Positions 40,056 to 50,536 of a stretch of 64,000 nucleotides of DNA are shown in pieces. The notes beneath the pieces were generated by a model. The model was given only the letters and a program-made list of their open reading frames with translations, was not told the origin of the DNA and did no database searches. The DNA is from Catillopecten margaritatus gill symbiont (GTDB lineage Bacteria; Pseudomonadota; Gammaproteobacteria; PS1; Pseudothioglobaceae): positions 1,308,296 through 1,372,295 of the forward strand of contig CP138327.1 of the NCBI GenBank assembly GCA_037956075.1. Direction: 5' to 3'. The position numbers and the translations under genes were made by a program. Each line of letters begins with the position of its first letter. Position 1 is the stretch's first letter.

Positions 40056-40535
40056 CTAAAGACCAACTTCCATCAGTAATTTCTCCACATTGCTCGGCAC
40101 AAACGCACTAATATCTCCACCCAAAGATAAAATCTCCCTCACTAAAGATGAAGAAATATTGGCATATTGTTCCGCAGGCGTCATAAACAAAGTTTCAATA
40201 TTAGGGTTGAGGTGCTTATTCATTCCCGATAATTGAAATTCATATTCAAAGTCACTCACCGCCCGTAATCCACGCAAAATAATCTGTGCATTCTGTGCTT
40301 TGGCAAAATCAACCAACAAGGTGTCAAAACTCATCACCTTAATATTGTCAATATCTTTTAACGCCACTTTTGCCGCTTCAATTCTATCGTCAATATTTAA
40401 GAATGCTGACTTTTTGCTATTCTGTGTAATGCCAATAATCACCGTATCAAATAATTTAGACGCACGCTTAATCAAATCGATATGTCCATTCGTAATCGGA
40501 TCAAACGACCCAGGATAAATTGCAATTTTCTTCAT
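40056..40535 (-). CDS. coaD: phosphopantetheine adenylyltransferase
   Basis: MKKIAIYPGSFDPITNGHID start (internal Met). Confidence 0.95.
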   Translation of the reverse strand: MKKIAIYPGSFDPITNGHIDLIKRASKLFDTVIIGITQNSKKSAFLNIDDRIEAAKVALKDIDNIKVMSFDTLLVDFAKAQNAQIILRGLRAVSDFEYEFQLSGMNKHLNPNIETLFMTPAEQYANISSSLVREILSLGGDISAFVPSNVEKLLMEVGL

Positions 40536-41128
40536 AGTTGTATAAGGCAATAATGCACCATTCCTGATTTTTTTTGTTTATTAATATTAAAATTATCTAC
40601 TAAGAAATCACTCGTTATTTCAAACTCGGATTCAATATAGATTTTACCCCCTTTGGCAATAAAACCATTCTCTGTAATTAATTCTAATGCTTTTGTTAAA
40701 TAATCTTTATTAAAAGGCGGGTCTAATAAAATAAAATCAAAAGAGCCGTTTTTTTCACTCAAAAAATCGAATGCATCTCGATTAAAAATCGTTAAATTAT
40801 CTGCTTTCAATAGTCGTTTATTTTTTTGCAAAAACTCAAAAGCGTCCACATTTCTCTCAACACTCACCACAGATTTTGCCCCACGAGAAAACGCTTCAAA
40901 ACTCAACGCACCACTGCCTGCAAACAAATCCAAAAAAGTTTTGCCACTCGTCTCAAATTGCAACCAATTAAACAAAGTCTCGCGCACTTTGTTTGGTGTC
41001 GGTCTCAATCCTTCAACATCGGCAAAGTTAAATTTTCTGCCTCGATGTTGACCGCCAATAATTTGAGCGGTGTTATTTTTTGTAAGCGTCAAAAGAGTCT
41101 TGTAGTTCTTTTTTGGCTTCGGCAACAT
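40532..41128 (-). CDS. rsmD: 16S rRNA (guanine966-N2)-methyltransferase (start uncertain)
   Basis: IIGGQHRGRKF, RPTPNKVRETLFNWL and DPPF motifs. The 5' end overlaps the ppa 3' end. Confidence 0.85.
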   Translation of the reverse strand: MLPKPKKNYKTLLTLTKNNTAQIIGGQHRGRKFNFADVEGLRPTPNKVRETLFNWLQFETSGKTFLDLFAGSGALSFEAFSRGAKSVVSVERNVDAFEFLQKNKRLLKADNLTIFNRDAFDFLSEKNGSFDFILLDPPFNKDYLTKALELITENGFIAKGGKIYIESEFEITSDFLVDNFNINKQKKSGMVHYCLIQL

Positions 41129-41603
41129 CACCCCAGCCGTCGATTTTTACCCATTTTTCTTTGTCAAGGTCTTTGTAGTAGGTGAAAAAATGTTCGATTT
41201 GGTCTTTTAGGGTTTGGTTAACATCGCTAATATCTTGGATTTCAGCATAAGACTTACATAATTTATCGGTTGGAACGGCTAAGATTTTGTAGTCTTGACC
41301 CTCTTCGTCAGTCATGCGTAATACGCCGACAGGGCGGGCGGTGATGACGGAATCGTGGATAAGTGGATAGGGGGTGATTACCAATACATCGGCGGGGTCG
41401 CCGTCGTCAGCCAAAGTGTCGGGGACAAAGCCGTAATTACACGGGTAAAACATCGGGGTGGAGATGAATCTATCGACGAACATCGCCCCTGTTTCTTTGT
41501 CAATTTCATACTTGACAGGGGATGAATTAGCGGGGATTTCGATGATAACATTGACTTCATCGGGGACATTGCCCGCTGATACGGGTTTTAAACTGTTTTG
41601 CAT
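41073..41603 (-). CDS. ppa: inorganic pyrophosphatase
   Basis: 176 aa family I PPase (VIIEIPANS...YEIDKETG...DGDPADVLV). Confidence 0.95.
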   Translation of the reverse strand: MQNSLKPVSAGNVPDEVNVIIEIPANSSPVKYEIDKETGAMFVDRFISTPMFYPCNYGFVPDTLADDGDPADVLVITPYPLIHDSVITARPVGVLRMTDEEGQDYKILAVPTDKLCKSYAEIQDISDVNQTLKDQIEHFFTYYKDLDKEKWVKIDGWGDVAEAKKELQDSFDAYKK

Positions 41604-42643
41604 TTTTCTAACTCCTCTTTTAATAAATCATAACGCCAACCACTGAGAAAGTTCACCGAACGGTCGTTGCGTATATATCTTAACAAAGTTTTACCATTGG
41701 TAATCACTTCTGCATTGAGATTATACTGATTTGCCTTTTCTTGGATGAGTTTTTGTAAAATCAATTTCTGTGACTTTTCTTCCGCAGTCGGTACACGCTT
41801 ACTGGTGTCAATTTCAATATTACAAGGATTTTTTGCAATAAAATTATCAAAATTTTGTTGCTTATCATTACTTAAATGCCGTTTTTCCATCGCGATATTA
41901 ATCAAGTCGTCATCAGATAATATCCAACGCCTTGGTTTATTTTTCTTAATTGCCGTTTGTTCTCGCCAGCCTGCCAGTTGCACACCTAGGTTGTGCAAGT
42001 GTTTCGGCAAGCGATTAAACCCCTTAACCCGTGTCCAAGATTGAAAAATATTTGGATTATATATATGTATGTCCAACATTGCCTGCCCATCTTCCATTAG
42101 CCAGTCCAATTTCCCCTCACTTTCTAACAGTGTTTTAAGTTGTGCATAATTCCTAATCAAATACACCACATCATCCAACGCATATTGCACCGCTCCCTCA
42201 GGCAACGGGCGCACACTCCAATCAAGTCGGGTATAAGTTTTTTCCAAAATTACCCCTTGTAAAATTTCGGTAATCGCCTGATAAGAAATTTGCCCACCCG
42301 TAGAACCTTCAAGACGCAAATGTTGAAGTAAATCCACTGCAATTTGCGTATCAAACACCCGTGCAGGCAATCGCCCAGAAACCCGATATAACACCTCAAC
42401 ATCATTCCGTGCCGCATGAGCAATCCACAAAACATCAGGCTGATACAGTTTATCAAACAACGGCTCTAAATCCTCAATCGCCATCACATCAATGCATTCT
42501 GCCATATCTTTGGTAGCAATTTGTATCAAGCACAAAATTGGATAGTAAGTACTCACCCACTTAAATTCGGTGTCAATTGCCAGTTCAGTCTCTTCTTTAA
42601 TAAGGGACAAAAAATTTAGTAATTCTTTATTGTTTTTAATCAT
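41588..42643 (-). CDS. rnd: ribonuclease D
   Basis: DEDD exonuclease motif LAIDTEF, YALDDVVYL, and an HRDC-like C-terminal half. Confidence 0.85.
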   Translation of the reverse strand: MIKNNKELLNFLSLIKEETELAIDTEFKWVSTYYPILCLIQIATKDMAECIDVMAIEDLEPLFDKLYQPDVLWIAHAARNDVEVLYRVSGRLPARVFDTQIAVDLLQHLRLEGSTGGQISYQAITEILQGVILEKTYTRLDWSVRPLPEGAVQYALDDVVYLIRNYAQLKTLLESEGKLDWLMEDGQAMLDIHIYNPNIFQSWTRVKGFNRLPKHLHNLGVQLAGWREQTAIKKNKPRRWILSDDDLINIAMEKRHLSNDKQQNFDNFIAKNPCNIEIDTSKRVPTAEEKSQKLILQKLIQEKANQYNLNAEVITNGKTLLRYIRNDRSVNFLSGWRYDLLKEELEKCKTV

Positions 42644-42708
42644 CTGTTGTATTTTAGCAACAATTAACTATAATTAGCGCATAACCTCCAAATAATAACG
42701 AATAAACA

Positions 42709-44877
42709 ATGATTTTTAAGCAGGATTTTGCCACTAAGAAAGCCCCTAGTAAATGGATTTGGGTAATCGTTTTCTTGATTTCACTCGGCGGACTAACCTA
42801 TATGGGACTGAACCCAGCCTTGATTGAAGATTGGTGGTGGGCATTGGTATTTTATAATATAGTTGCTTTGATGATAGCGAGTTACTATCTGTTTCTTTCT
42901 GTTTCTAAACTTAAAGAGGATAGTAAAAATGGGGTTATTGGTGCCCGTTTCACTTGGTCGTTTATCAAGATTGTCCCCCTGTTAACAATCGCACCAGTGC
43001 TGTCCTTTTATATGTTCTCATTTCAGACCATTCACGACAATGTTGAGCGTTCTGAGCAGACTTATAATAATTTTAACAAGGCCTTTCTGAATCAAGTAAA
43101 TACCTTGTATCAAGGCTTGCAAGTGGTTAGGGATGACCGTTATATTGATTTTACCAAAGTGTTATTACAACAAATTCAAAGTTATTCTAATTTTCAACAA
43201 GATACAAAAGATTATGATAACAAGATGCAAATATTTGTTCAGAATTTAATTGACAAAAAATATGCCTGTTCATTGATTTTAAAAAATGAAGAAGATAAGC
43301 TAATTGCGCAAATTAGCCAAAATAATACCTGTGTGGTTGAGGATAACCAGCCACTTCCAAACCAGCAAAGCCTAATTGCCTTTGAAGACGAAAAGTCAAA
43401 ATTATTCCAAGTGCAAATGTCAACTCAATATTTAGATAAAAAATCCGATAAGAAAAAAACCTTAAGTTTGACCGCTGTTTATGCCACTGACCCCCATTTA
43501 TTGCGTTTCTTAGGGCAGGTCAAGGGCTTTTACAATTTTGCCTCTGCCATTGTTTTTGATGTCAACACCTCGATTACGCAAAAACGCTTTTTACTAGACT
43601 TTTCATCGACGGTTTTACTCACAATTCTCAGCGTTCTACTCATTGTTATGAGGTTGATTGACCATTTAATGCGCCCAATGCACAGTCTTTCGCTTGCCAC
43701 TAAAGAAATTGCCAAGGGTAATTATGGAGTGATGGTGGATAACAAAAAGAAGAATAAAGATGTGCATCAATTGATTAATCAGTTTAACGAAATGTCTAGC
43801 CAAATCCAACAGTCACGCCAAGGACTTAGTACGCATAATCTATATTTAGAAACCATTCTCAAATATTCATTTGGCGTGATTGGCTTAGATCAGGATAAAA
43901 ATATCCAGTTCATAAATCCAGTCATTGGCAAAATATTGTCTATTGACAGTGAGCGCCAATTTGTGGGCGGGTTATGCGACAATATCATTGAGCAAAATCC
44001 GTATCTTGAGCCGTTATTTTTCATTATTCAAGACAGATTTAATCAAGGAAAAAATGAGTGGAGTGAGGAGATTGAAGTCGTATTACCCGACAGACATATC
44101 CTCTTATCTTGCCAAGGCGCTGTTTTAGACGATAGCGGTAAAGCCTTAGGTTATGTGATTATTATTAACGATATTTCCAAGCTCCATAGAGCACAGAAAA
44201 AAGCCGCTTGGGGCGGGGTGGCTGTGCGTATGGCACATGAAATCAAAAACCCTTTAACGCCAATTTTATTATCTGCACAACGCTTAAGGAACAAATTTTT
44301 GGATAAGTTAGAAGGTAAAGATTTAGAGGTGGTGGATAAAACCACCAGTGTTATTATTGACCAAGTAAAATCAATGGATGCGATGGTGAGCGCCTTCGCC
44401 GATTACGCCAACACTCCGCAAATTGAGCGTAAATTATTGGATTTGAATGCCCTTATTAATCAATCCATCGCCCTGTATGACGCACAAAACAACATTAATA
44501 TTGAGTTTGATTTGTCGGGGGATGTGCCAGAATTGTTATTAGATGCCAGTAGTATTTCTAGAGTCTTGATTAATCTTGTCAAAAATGCCACGGAGGCAGC
44601 TAATGGGGGCAAAGAGTTAACCGTAAAAATTACCACCAAATACCTGAAAGATGAGCGTATAGTTTGCCTAAGTATTGAAGATGACGGCAATGGTTTTGAT
44701 GAATCAATATTAGAATCAGTATTTGAGCCATATGTTACTACCAAAGCCAAAGGCAGCGGATTGGGCATGGCAATTGTGCAGAATATTATTGAACAACACG
44801 ATGGACAAATTTTTGCGGGTAATGTAGCGCCACACGGTGCTATTGTTACCATTGAGTTTCAAATTGGCAATAAATAA
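42709..44877 (+). CDS. NtrY-like sensor histidine kinase (TM-HAMP-PAS-HisKA-HATPase)
   Basis: 722 aa. H-box MAHEIKNPLTPI and G-boxes DDGNGF / GSGLGMAIV. Confidence 0.8.
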   Translation: MIFKQDFATKKAPSKWIWVIVFLISLGGLTYMGLNPALIEDWWWALVFYNIVALMIASYYLFLSVSKLKEDSKNGVIGARFTWSFIKIVPLLTIAPVLSFYMFSFQTIHDNVERSEQTYNNFNKAFLNQVNTLYQGLQVVRDDRYIDFTKVLLQQIQSYSNFQQDTKDYDNKMQIFVQNLIDKKYACSLILKNEEDKLIAQISQNNTCVVEDNQPLPNQQSLIAFEDEKSKLFQVQMSTQYLDKKSDKKKTLSLTAVYATDPHLLRFLGQVKGFYNFASAIVFDVNTSITQKRFLLDFSSTVLLTILSVLLIVMRLIDHLMRPMHSLSLATKEIAKGNYGVMVDNKKKNKDVHQLINQFNEMSSQIQQSRQGLSTHNLYLETILKYSFGVIGLDQDKNIQFINPVIGKILSIDSERQFVGGLCDNIIEQNPYLEPLFFIIQDRFNQGKNEWSEEIEVVLPDRHILLSCQGAVLDDSGKALGYVIIINDISKLHRAQKKAAWGGVAVRMAHEIKNPLTPILLSAQRLRNKFLDKLEGKDLEVVDKTTSVIIDQVKSMDAMVSAFADYANTPQIERKLLDLNALINQSIALYDAQNNINIEFDLSGDVPELLLDASSISRVLINLVKNATEAANGGKELTVKITTKYLKDERIVCLSIEDDGNGFDESILESVFEPYVTTKAKGSGLGMAIVQNIIEQHDGQIFAGNVAPHGAIVTIEFQIGNK

Positions 44878-44897
44878 ATAGGACAACAGGAGCGTGT

Positions 44898-45461
44898 ATG
44901 GTTATTGGTAATATTTTGATTGTTGACGATGAAAGAATTAATTCCGAGACAATGAAAGACACTTTAGAGGATGTGAATTATCATGTTACTTTGGCAGACG
45001 GTGCTGCCGAGGCAAAAACTATTGTTAAAACGCAAACTTTTGATTTAATTATGATGGATGTGTGGATGCCTGGGCAGGATGGTATGAGCTTATTAGAAGA
45101 ATGGATGAATGCAGGTTTTTCAATGCCTGTGGTAATGATGTCAGGGCATGCAGAGCACCAAGATGTGGTCAGAGCCATCAAACTGGGTGCTGTGGATTTT
45201 CTTAAAAAACCACTGCATGACATTTTACCCTTGGTGCGTAAACTACTTTCTGAACAAGCCAGTGACAACGATGGACAGAAAGCAGAGGGCATTAATTTTG
45301 ATTTACCTCTTAAAACCGTTAGAAATATTTTTGAAAAGCAATATTTTGACCATCATCTTAATGAAAATAACCATAATATTGCTAAAGTGGCAGATATTGC
45401 AAAACTAGAAAGAACCACTTTATATAGAAAACTTAAAGACTTAGGGATAGACAAAAAATGA
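44898..45461 (+). CDS. response regulator: receiver + Fis-type HTH, no AAA+ domain
   Basis: ILIVDDE...DLIMMDVWMPG...KP receiver. C-terminal NIAKVADIAKLERTTLYRKLKDLGI HTH. Confidence 0.8.
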   Translation: MVIGNILIVDDERINSETMKDTLEDVNYHVTLADGAAEAKTIVKTQTFDLIMMDVWMPGQDGMSLLEEWMNAGFSMPVVMMSGHAEHQDVVRAIKLGAVDFLKKPLHDILPLVRKLLSEQASDNDGQKAEGINFDLPLKTVRNIFEKQYFDHHLNENNHNIAKVADIAKLERTTLYRKLKDLGIDKK

Positions 45462-46822
45462 AGATTTTAATCTTAGGCGCAGGACAAGTTGGTGCATCAT
45501 TGGCAAAGTATCTCAGTAAAGATGATGAAAATGAAATCACCATTGTTGATAAGGACAGCTCAAGCCTATCAAGCCTTGCACGACATTTAGACATTAAAAC
45601 TATTTGTGGCTATGGCTCGTATCCAAATATCTTGGAAGAAGCACAAGTTAGGGAAACGGATATTATTATTGCCGTTACTCGGTCTGATGAAGGTAATATC
45701 TTAGCCTGTCAAATTGCACATACCTTGTATAAAGTAGGCAAGAAGATTGCTCGTATTCGCACCTCTGAATACCTAAATCACGATGGATTTGAAGCCATTA
45801 CCCCAATTGACTTTGTCATTACCCCCGAAGGGTTGGTGACCAAATTTATTAAGCGTATGGTGGAAGAGCCTGGTGCCGAGCAGGTATTTGAATTTGAAAA
45901 TGGTTTAGTGCAATTGGTAGAAACCAAAGCCCATGCAGGCACACCGATTGTCGGACACCCCATCAAAGATTTACACAAACATTTGCCAAAAACGCAGATG
46001 CGCATTGTCAGCATTTATCGCAATGGACAAGCAATTCCTGCCTATGGCGATACCATGATTAAAAATGGCGACCGTGTCTATTTTGTGACTAAAAAAGACA
46101 GTATTTCACAGGTATTAAAAGAATTCAGACGCCTTGATAGACCATATAAGAATATTGTGATCGCTGGCGGTGGTTTAATTGGGCTTAATCTCGCTAAATT
46201 CTTAGAAAAAGAACACAGAGTCCATGTTATTGAACTTAATGAACAGCGCACCGAAGAAATTGCTGACAAATTAAAAAACACCGTTGTTTTACATGGTAGC
46301 GCCTCTGATGAAGATTTACTTAAAGAAGAAGGCATTGAAAATACTGATTTATTCTTAGCCCTCACTGACTCCGATGAAATCAATGTACTTTCCTCCATCC
46401 TCGCAAAACGACTCGGCGCACACAAAACCATCGCCTTAGTAAAACGCAACATCTACGAAGATTTAGCCACCCAAAACGACTATGTCGACATCGTCATCTC
46501 ACCCGACCAAATCACCACCTCCGGCATCCTTTCACACATTCGCAGAGGCGATACAATGATGGTGCATTCTCTACGCAAAGGTAGGGCAGAAGCCATAGAA
46601 GTCATTGTTCATGGCGACAAAGACCACTCAGATGTTGTCGGCAAATCCATCGAACAAATTGACTTACCCAAAGGCGTTGTCATCGGCTCAATTGTTCGTG
46701 GCGAAGAAGTCATCATGGCATCCAGAACCTTAGTCATCCAAGAATTTGACCATGTAGTCCTAGTATTAAGCGACATCACCAAAGTCCACCAAGTCGAAGA
46801 ATTATTTGAAGGATATTTCTAA
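45458..46822 (+). CDS. trkA: Trk K+ uptake system NAD-binding subunit
   Basis: 454 aa with two GxGxxG Rossmann repeats (ILGAGQVG, IAGGGLIG). Confidence 0.9.
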   Translation: MKILILGAGQVGASLAKYLSKDDENEITIVDKDSSSLSSLARHLDIKTICGYGSYPNILEEAQVRETDIIIAVTRSDEGNILACQIAHTLYKVGKKIARIRTSEYLNHDGFEAITPIDFVITPEGLVTKFIKRMVEEPGAEQVFEFENGLVQLVETKAHAGTPIVGHPIKDLHKHLPKTQMRIVSIYRNGQAIPAYGDTMIKNGDRVYFVTKKDSISQVLKEFRRLDRPYKNIVIAGGGLIGLNLAKFLEKEHRVHVIELNEQRTEEIADKLKNTVVLHGSASDEDLLKEEGIENTDLFLALTDSDEINVLSSILAKRLGAHKTIALVKRNIYEDLATQNDYVDIVISPDQITTSGILSHIRRGDTMMVHSLRKGRAEAIEVIVHGDKDHSDVVGKSIEQIDLPKGVVIGSIVRGEEVIMASRTLVIQEFDHVVLVLSDITKVHQVEELFEGYF

Positions 46823-46863
46823 TGTAAGAGGTTCAACCCATGTAAGAGGTTCAACCTCTTACA
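46823..46863. repeat. REP: an 18-bp partial copy followed by a full copy
   Basis: TGTAAGAGGTTCAACCCA + TGTAAGAGGTTCAACCTCTTACA, directly after the trkA stop codon. Confidence 0.9.
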
Positions 46864-46892
46864 TTAAGAAGGTTGTCCCACCCCCTGTCATT

Positions 46893-47093
46893 TGTCATTC
46901 CACTCCCTTTACCCCTTTGTCATTCCACTCCCTTTACCCCTTTGTCATTCCACTCCCTTTACCCCTTTGTCATTCTGTCGCCCCCCCTTTGTCATTCCGA
47001 GCGCTAGCCGAGGAATCTTGTTAACCCAAATGAGATCCCTCGGCTGACGATCGGGATGACAATAAAAAAAAGGTAATAGTGCTCGGAATGACA
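46893..47093. repeat. TGTCAT-core element with a 3 x 25-bp left array
   Basis: TGTCATTCCACTCCCTTTACCCCTT x3 (46893-46967), a 22-bp variant, then the core 46990-47059, then an extra GTGCTCGGAATGACA. Confidence 0.85.
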
Positions 47094-47322
47094 AAAAAGC
47101 AATATCCCAGAGTAACAAACAAAGACAACTCATACTATTCATAAACAACATTAAAACAATAACAAAAATACCACACCCCATCAAAAAAAAGAATTTAAAA
47201 GCACCTACCAAACCCCTAAAAAATCATTAAACTAGCATCCATTATCATCAAGTTCAGCATCAAAACCATATAGCTAATGAACATTGCCATTAATCGCACA
47301 TCATTAATTACCAGCAATTACT

Positions 47323-48771
47323 ATGCAGTTTAGTATTGTTTTTAAAACCATTGGGTTGTTGCTGATGATTTTCAGCTTAACGCAACTGCCGCCAATCTTG
47401 GTAGATGTTATTTATGCGCAGAATCAATACCCTGTCTTTTTAGCTGCGTTGTTATTAACGCTCGCTGCAGGTTTGGCGCTTTGGTTACCTTTTAGAAGTA
47501 TAAAAAAAGACTTTAGAATTCGTGAAGGGGTTATTGTTGTTGTTAGTTTCTGGTTTGTCCTTTCTTTATTTGCAACCATCCCATTTTTACTCACTGATGC
47601 ATTGCAAGTATCCTTTAGTGATGCATTTTTTGAGTCGATGTCAGGGCTTACAACCACAGGCGCTACAGTAATTTCTGGACTGGATGAGTTGCCTAAAGCC
47701 ATTCTCTACTACCGTCAACAACTCCAATGGCTTGGGGGTATGGGTATTATTGTTTTAGCGTTGGCAATTTTGCCAATGTTGGGTGTTAACGGTATGGAGC
47801 TCTATCACGCTGAATCTAGCGGTATTTCTAAAGACAGGATTATGCCAAAACTCGCACAAACTGCCAAAATGCTATGGATTATCTATATTGGCTTCACGGT
47901 TGCTTGTGCGTTGGCTTATTACTGGGCGGGTATGGATGCTTTTGACGCTATTGGACACAGTTACGCTACCGTGGCAATTGGCGGATTTTCCCCGTATGAT
48001 GCTTCTATTGGGCATTTTGACTCTGTTGCTATTGAAATGGTCGCTGTCGTATTTATGTTCTTTGCAGGTATTAATTTTTCGCTACATTTTTTCGTTTGGC
48101 GTAAAAATCATATTAACCATTATCATCAAGATTCAGAATTTAAAACCTATGTTGCCTTCCTTTTTCTCTTAACACTGGTGGTTTTTATTTATTTATTTAA
48201 CACAGGGCAATACGCAAGCCTCGGCGAAACATTTAGATATGGTATCTTTCAAAGCATTTCTATGGCAACCACTACCGGCTTTGCCTCTGCTGATTTTTCA
48301 TCGTGGGCGTTACCAATACCCGTATTATTGATTTTTGCTAGTTTTATCGGTGCATCTGCAGGCTCAACTGGTGGTGGCATTAAAGTAGTCAGAGTGCTAT
48401 TAATGTTTAAACTTGCCAATAAAGAAATCAAAAAATTCATACATCCTAATGCTCAAATTAACATTAAGCTTAATCAAAAAAGCGTCCCTAACAACACATT
48501 GATTTCAGTTTGGGGTTTCTTCGCCTTATATGTTATTGCCTTTACCTTTATTATGATTGCCTTAATGCTCACTGGACTTGACCAAGTCAGCAGTTTCTCA
48601 GCGACCGCTGCCAGTATCAATAACCTAGGTCCTGCTTTAGGCGAAGTCTCTGCCAACTATAGCAATATCAGCGACACCGCTAAATGGATTCTAAGTTTTT
48701 CCATGCTCCTCGGTCGTCTGGAAATTCTAACTCTAATGGCACTTTTACATAAAGCCTTTTGGCGGTTTTAA
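47323..48771 (+). CDS. trkH: Trk K+ uptake system membrane subunit
   Basis: 482 aa polytopic protein. TTTGATV / GGFS / TTTGFAS selectivity-filter-like repeats. Confidence 0.9.
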   Translation: MQFSIVFKTIGLLLMIFSLTQLPPILVDVIYAQNQYPVFLAALLLTLAAGLALWLPFRSIKKDFRIREGVIVVVSFWFVLSLFATIPFLLTDALQVSFSDAFFESMSGLTTTGATVISGLDELPKAILYYRQQLQWLGGMGIIVLALAILPMLGVNGMELYHAESSGISKDRIMPKLAQTAKMLWIIYIGFTVACALAYYWAGMDAFDAIGHSYATVAIGGFSPYDASIGHFDSVAIEMVAVVFMFFAGINFSLHFFVWRKNHINHYHQDSEFKTYVAFLFLLTLVVFIYLFNTGQYASLGETFRYGIFQSISMATTTGFASADFSSWALPIPVLLIFASFIGASAGSTGGGIKVVRVLLMFKLANKEIKKFIHPNAQINIKLNQKSVPNNTLISVWGFFALYVIAFTFIMIALMLTGLDQVSSFSATAASINNLGPALGEVSANYSNISDTAKWILSFSMLLGRLEILTLMALLHKAFWRF

Positions 48772-49152
48772 CGCAAGTGTTGTATTTCTTTTCATTCTAA
48801 ATACCCCTCTCGTAACCTTGTCCTTCATACATAAGATTTATACAATAACAGCACTGTTTTAATTCTATGTTTAAAAGTTAACATCAAACTTTTTTTATAA
48901 GATAACCATATACAACGCACCTATTCAAGGCTTTTAACATTTTTTTATTATCTGTTGTTGCTCTAGTTGGCGCCCTAACATTGTTTTTCTCCTAAAAGCC
49001 AGTCACAGGAAGAAAAAAAAGTTTTTAGACTGGGTAGGGTGTTAATATAAAATATCTTGTTATTCTTAAATTTTTAATATTAAACTTGTATTAATGTATT
49101 TGATATTAAATTATATTGGGTAGTTAAAGTGTAATATTTGCTTAATTTTTTT

Positions 49153-50330
49153 TGTCATTCCATCCCCCTCTGTCATTCCATCCCCCTCTGTCATTCCAAC
49201 CTTCCTCTGTCATTCCACCTTCCTCTGTCATTCCACCTTCCTCTGTCATTCCGAGCGCTAGCCGAGGAATCTTGTCAGGTAAAACGAGATCCTTCGACTA
49301 GCGCTCAGGATGACAGTAGGGCAGGTTGTTCAGGATGACAGTAGGGCAGGTTGTTCAGGATGACAGTAGGGCAGGTTGTTCAGGATGACAGTAGGGCAGG
49401 TTGCTCAGGATGACACTCTCCTGTCATTCCAAAATCATCCTCCATTGTCATTCTAAACACCATCCCCAAAACAAAATCATCCTCCATTGTCATTCTAAAC
49501 ACCATCCCCAAAACAAAATCATCCTCCATTGTCATTCTAAACACCATCCCCAAAACAAAATCATCCTCCATTGTCATTCTAAACACCATCCCCAAAACAA
49601 AATCATCCTCCATTGTCATTCTAAACACCATCCCCAAAACAAAATCATCCTCCATTGTCATTCTAAACACCATCCCCAAAACAAAACCACCCTCCATTGT
49701 CATTCCGAGCGCTAGCCGAGGAATCTCGTATCACAAACAAAAGATCCTTCGGCTACGCTCAGGATGACAGTAGGGCAGGTTGCTCAGGATGACACTCTCC
49801 TGTCATTCCAAAATCATCCTCCATTGTCATTCTAAACACCATTCCCAAAACAAAATCATCCTCCATTGTCATTCTAAACACCATTCCCAAAACAAAACCA
49901 CCCTCCATTGTCATTCCGAGCGCTAGCCGAGGAATCTCGTATCACAAACAAAAGATCCTTCGGCTACGCTCAGGATGACAGTAGGGCAGGTTGCTCAGGA
50001 TGACACTCTCCTGTCATTCCAAAATCATCCTCCATTGTCATTCTAAACACCATCCCCAAAACAAAATCATCCTCCATTGTCATTCTAAACACCATCCCCA
50101 AAACAAAATCATCCTCCATTGTCATTCTAAACACCATCCCCAAAACAAAATCATCCTCCATTGTCATTCCGAGCGCTAGCCGAGGAATCTCGTATCACAA
50201 ACAAAAGATCCTTCGGCTACGCTCAGGATGACAGTAGGGCGGGTTGTTCAGGATGACAGTAGGGCAGGTTGTTCAGGATGACAAAAGAAGCAACACTCAG
50301 AATGACAAAAAAATCAACACCAAAACGACA
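49153..50330. repeat. hierarchical TGTCAT-core repeat complex: four hairpin cores with 18/19-, 25- and 42-bp arrays
   Basis: Left arms of the four cores start at 49244, 49698, 49909 and 50162. Five 18-19-bp units lie at 49153-49243. 25-bp units lie at 49316-49415, 49770-49794, 49981-50005 and 50234-50283. 42-bp units occur x6 (49446-49697), x2 (49825-49908) and x3 (50036-50161). Confidence 0.95.
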
Positions 50331-50486
50331 AAATAACATACTTTCATCAATTACTAAATAAGTGTTTATTTAACTTTTTTAACACCCGTGATGGTTTTAT
50401 ATTGACATCAAAGGCTTTGCAATACATCGCAATAAATCACCACAGATTCTGGAATAAAAGAAAAGGCATAACAGGGGGGTTTTACA

Positions 50487-50536
50487 TTTTTTTAATATTT
50501 TTTTAATATTTTTTTTCACATTTTTTACATTTTTTT
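50487..50536. promoter_or_regulatory. five phased T-tracts (probable intrinsically bent DNA)
   Basis: T6-T8 runs start at 50487, 50498, 50509, 50521 and 50530 (9-12 bp period). They lie about 250 bp upstream of the 50786 gene. Confidence 0.4.

Noticed and set aside
46806-47211. ORFs 46806-47024 (+) and 46945-47211 (-), and likewise 49138-49338 (+)
   Set aside because: They run through the REP and TGTCAT repeat arrays. Peptides such as VRGSTHVRGSTSY and PLSFHLPLSFH simply mirror the DNA repeats.
48772-49152. The AT-rich 380-bp stretch after trkH was screened for a structured RNA or origin-like features
   Set aside because: I saw no convincing conserved hairpins, DnaA-box clusters or known RNA motifs by eye, so I cannot support a call.
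49446-49697. The 42-bp tandem array considered as a possible CRISPR array
   Set aside because: The units are contiguous and nearly identical, with no unique spacers. Only 1809-1956 has the repeat-spacer structure.
49380-50179. Long ORFs with repetitive peptides (MTMEDDFVLGMVFR... on the minus strand; HCHSKHHPQNKIIL... on the plus strand) across the 42-bp array
   Set aside because: They are direct translations of tandem DNA repeats, open in several frames on both strands, with no start context. The periodicity is at the DNA level.
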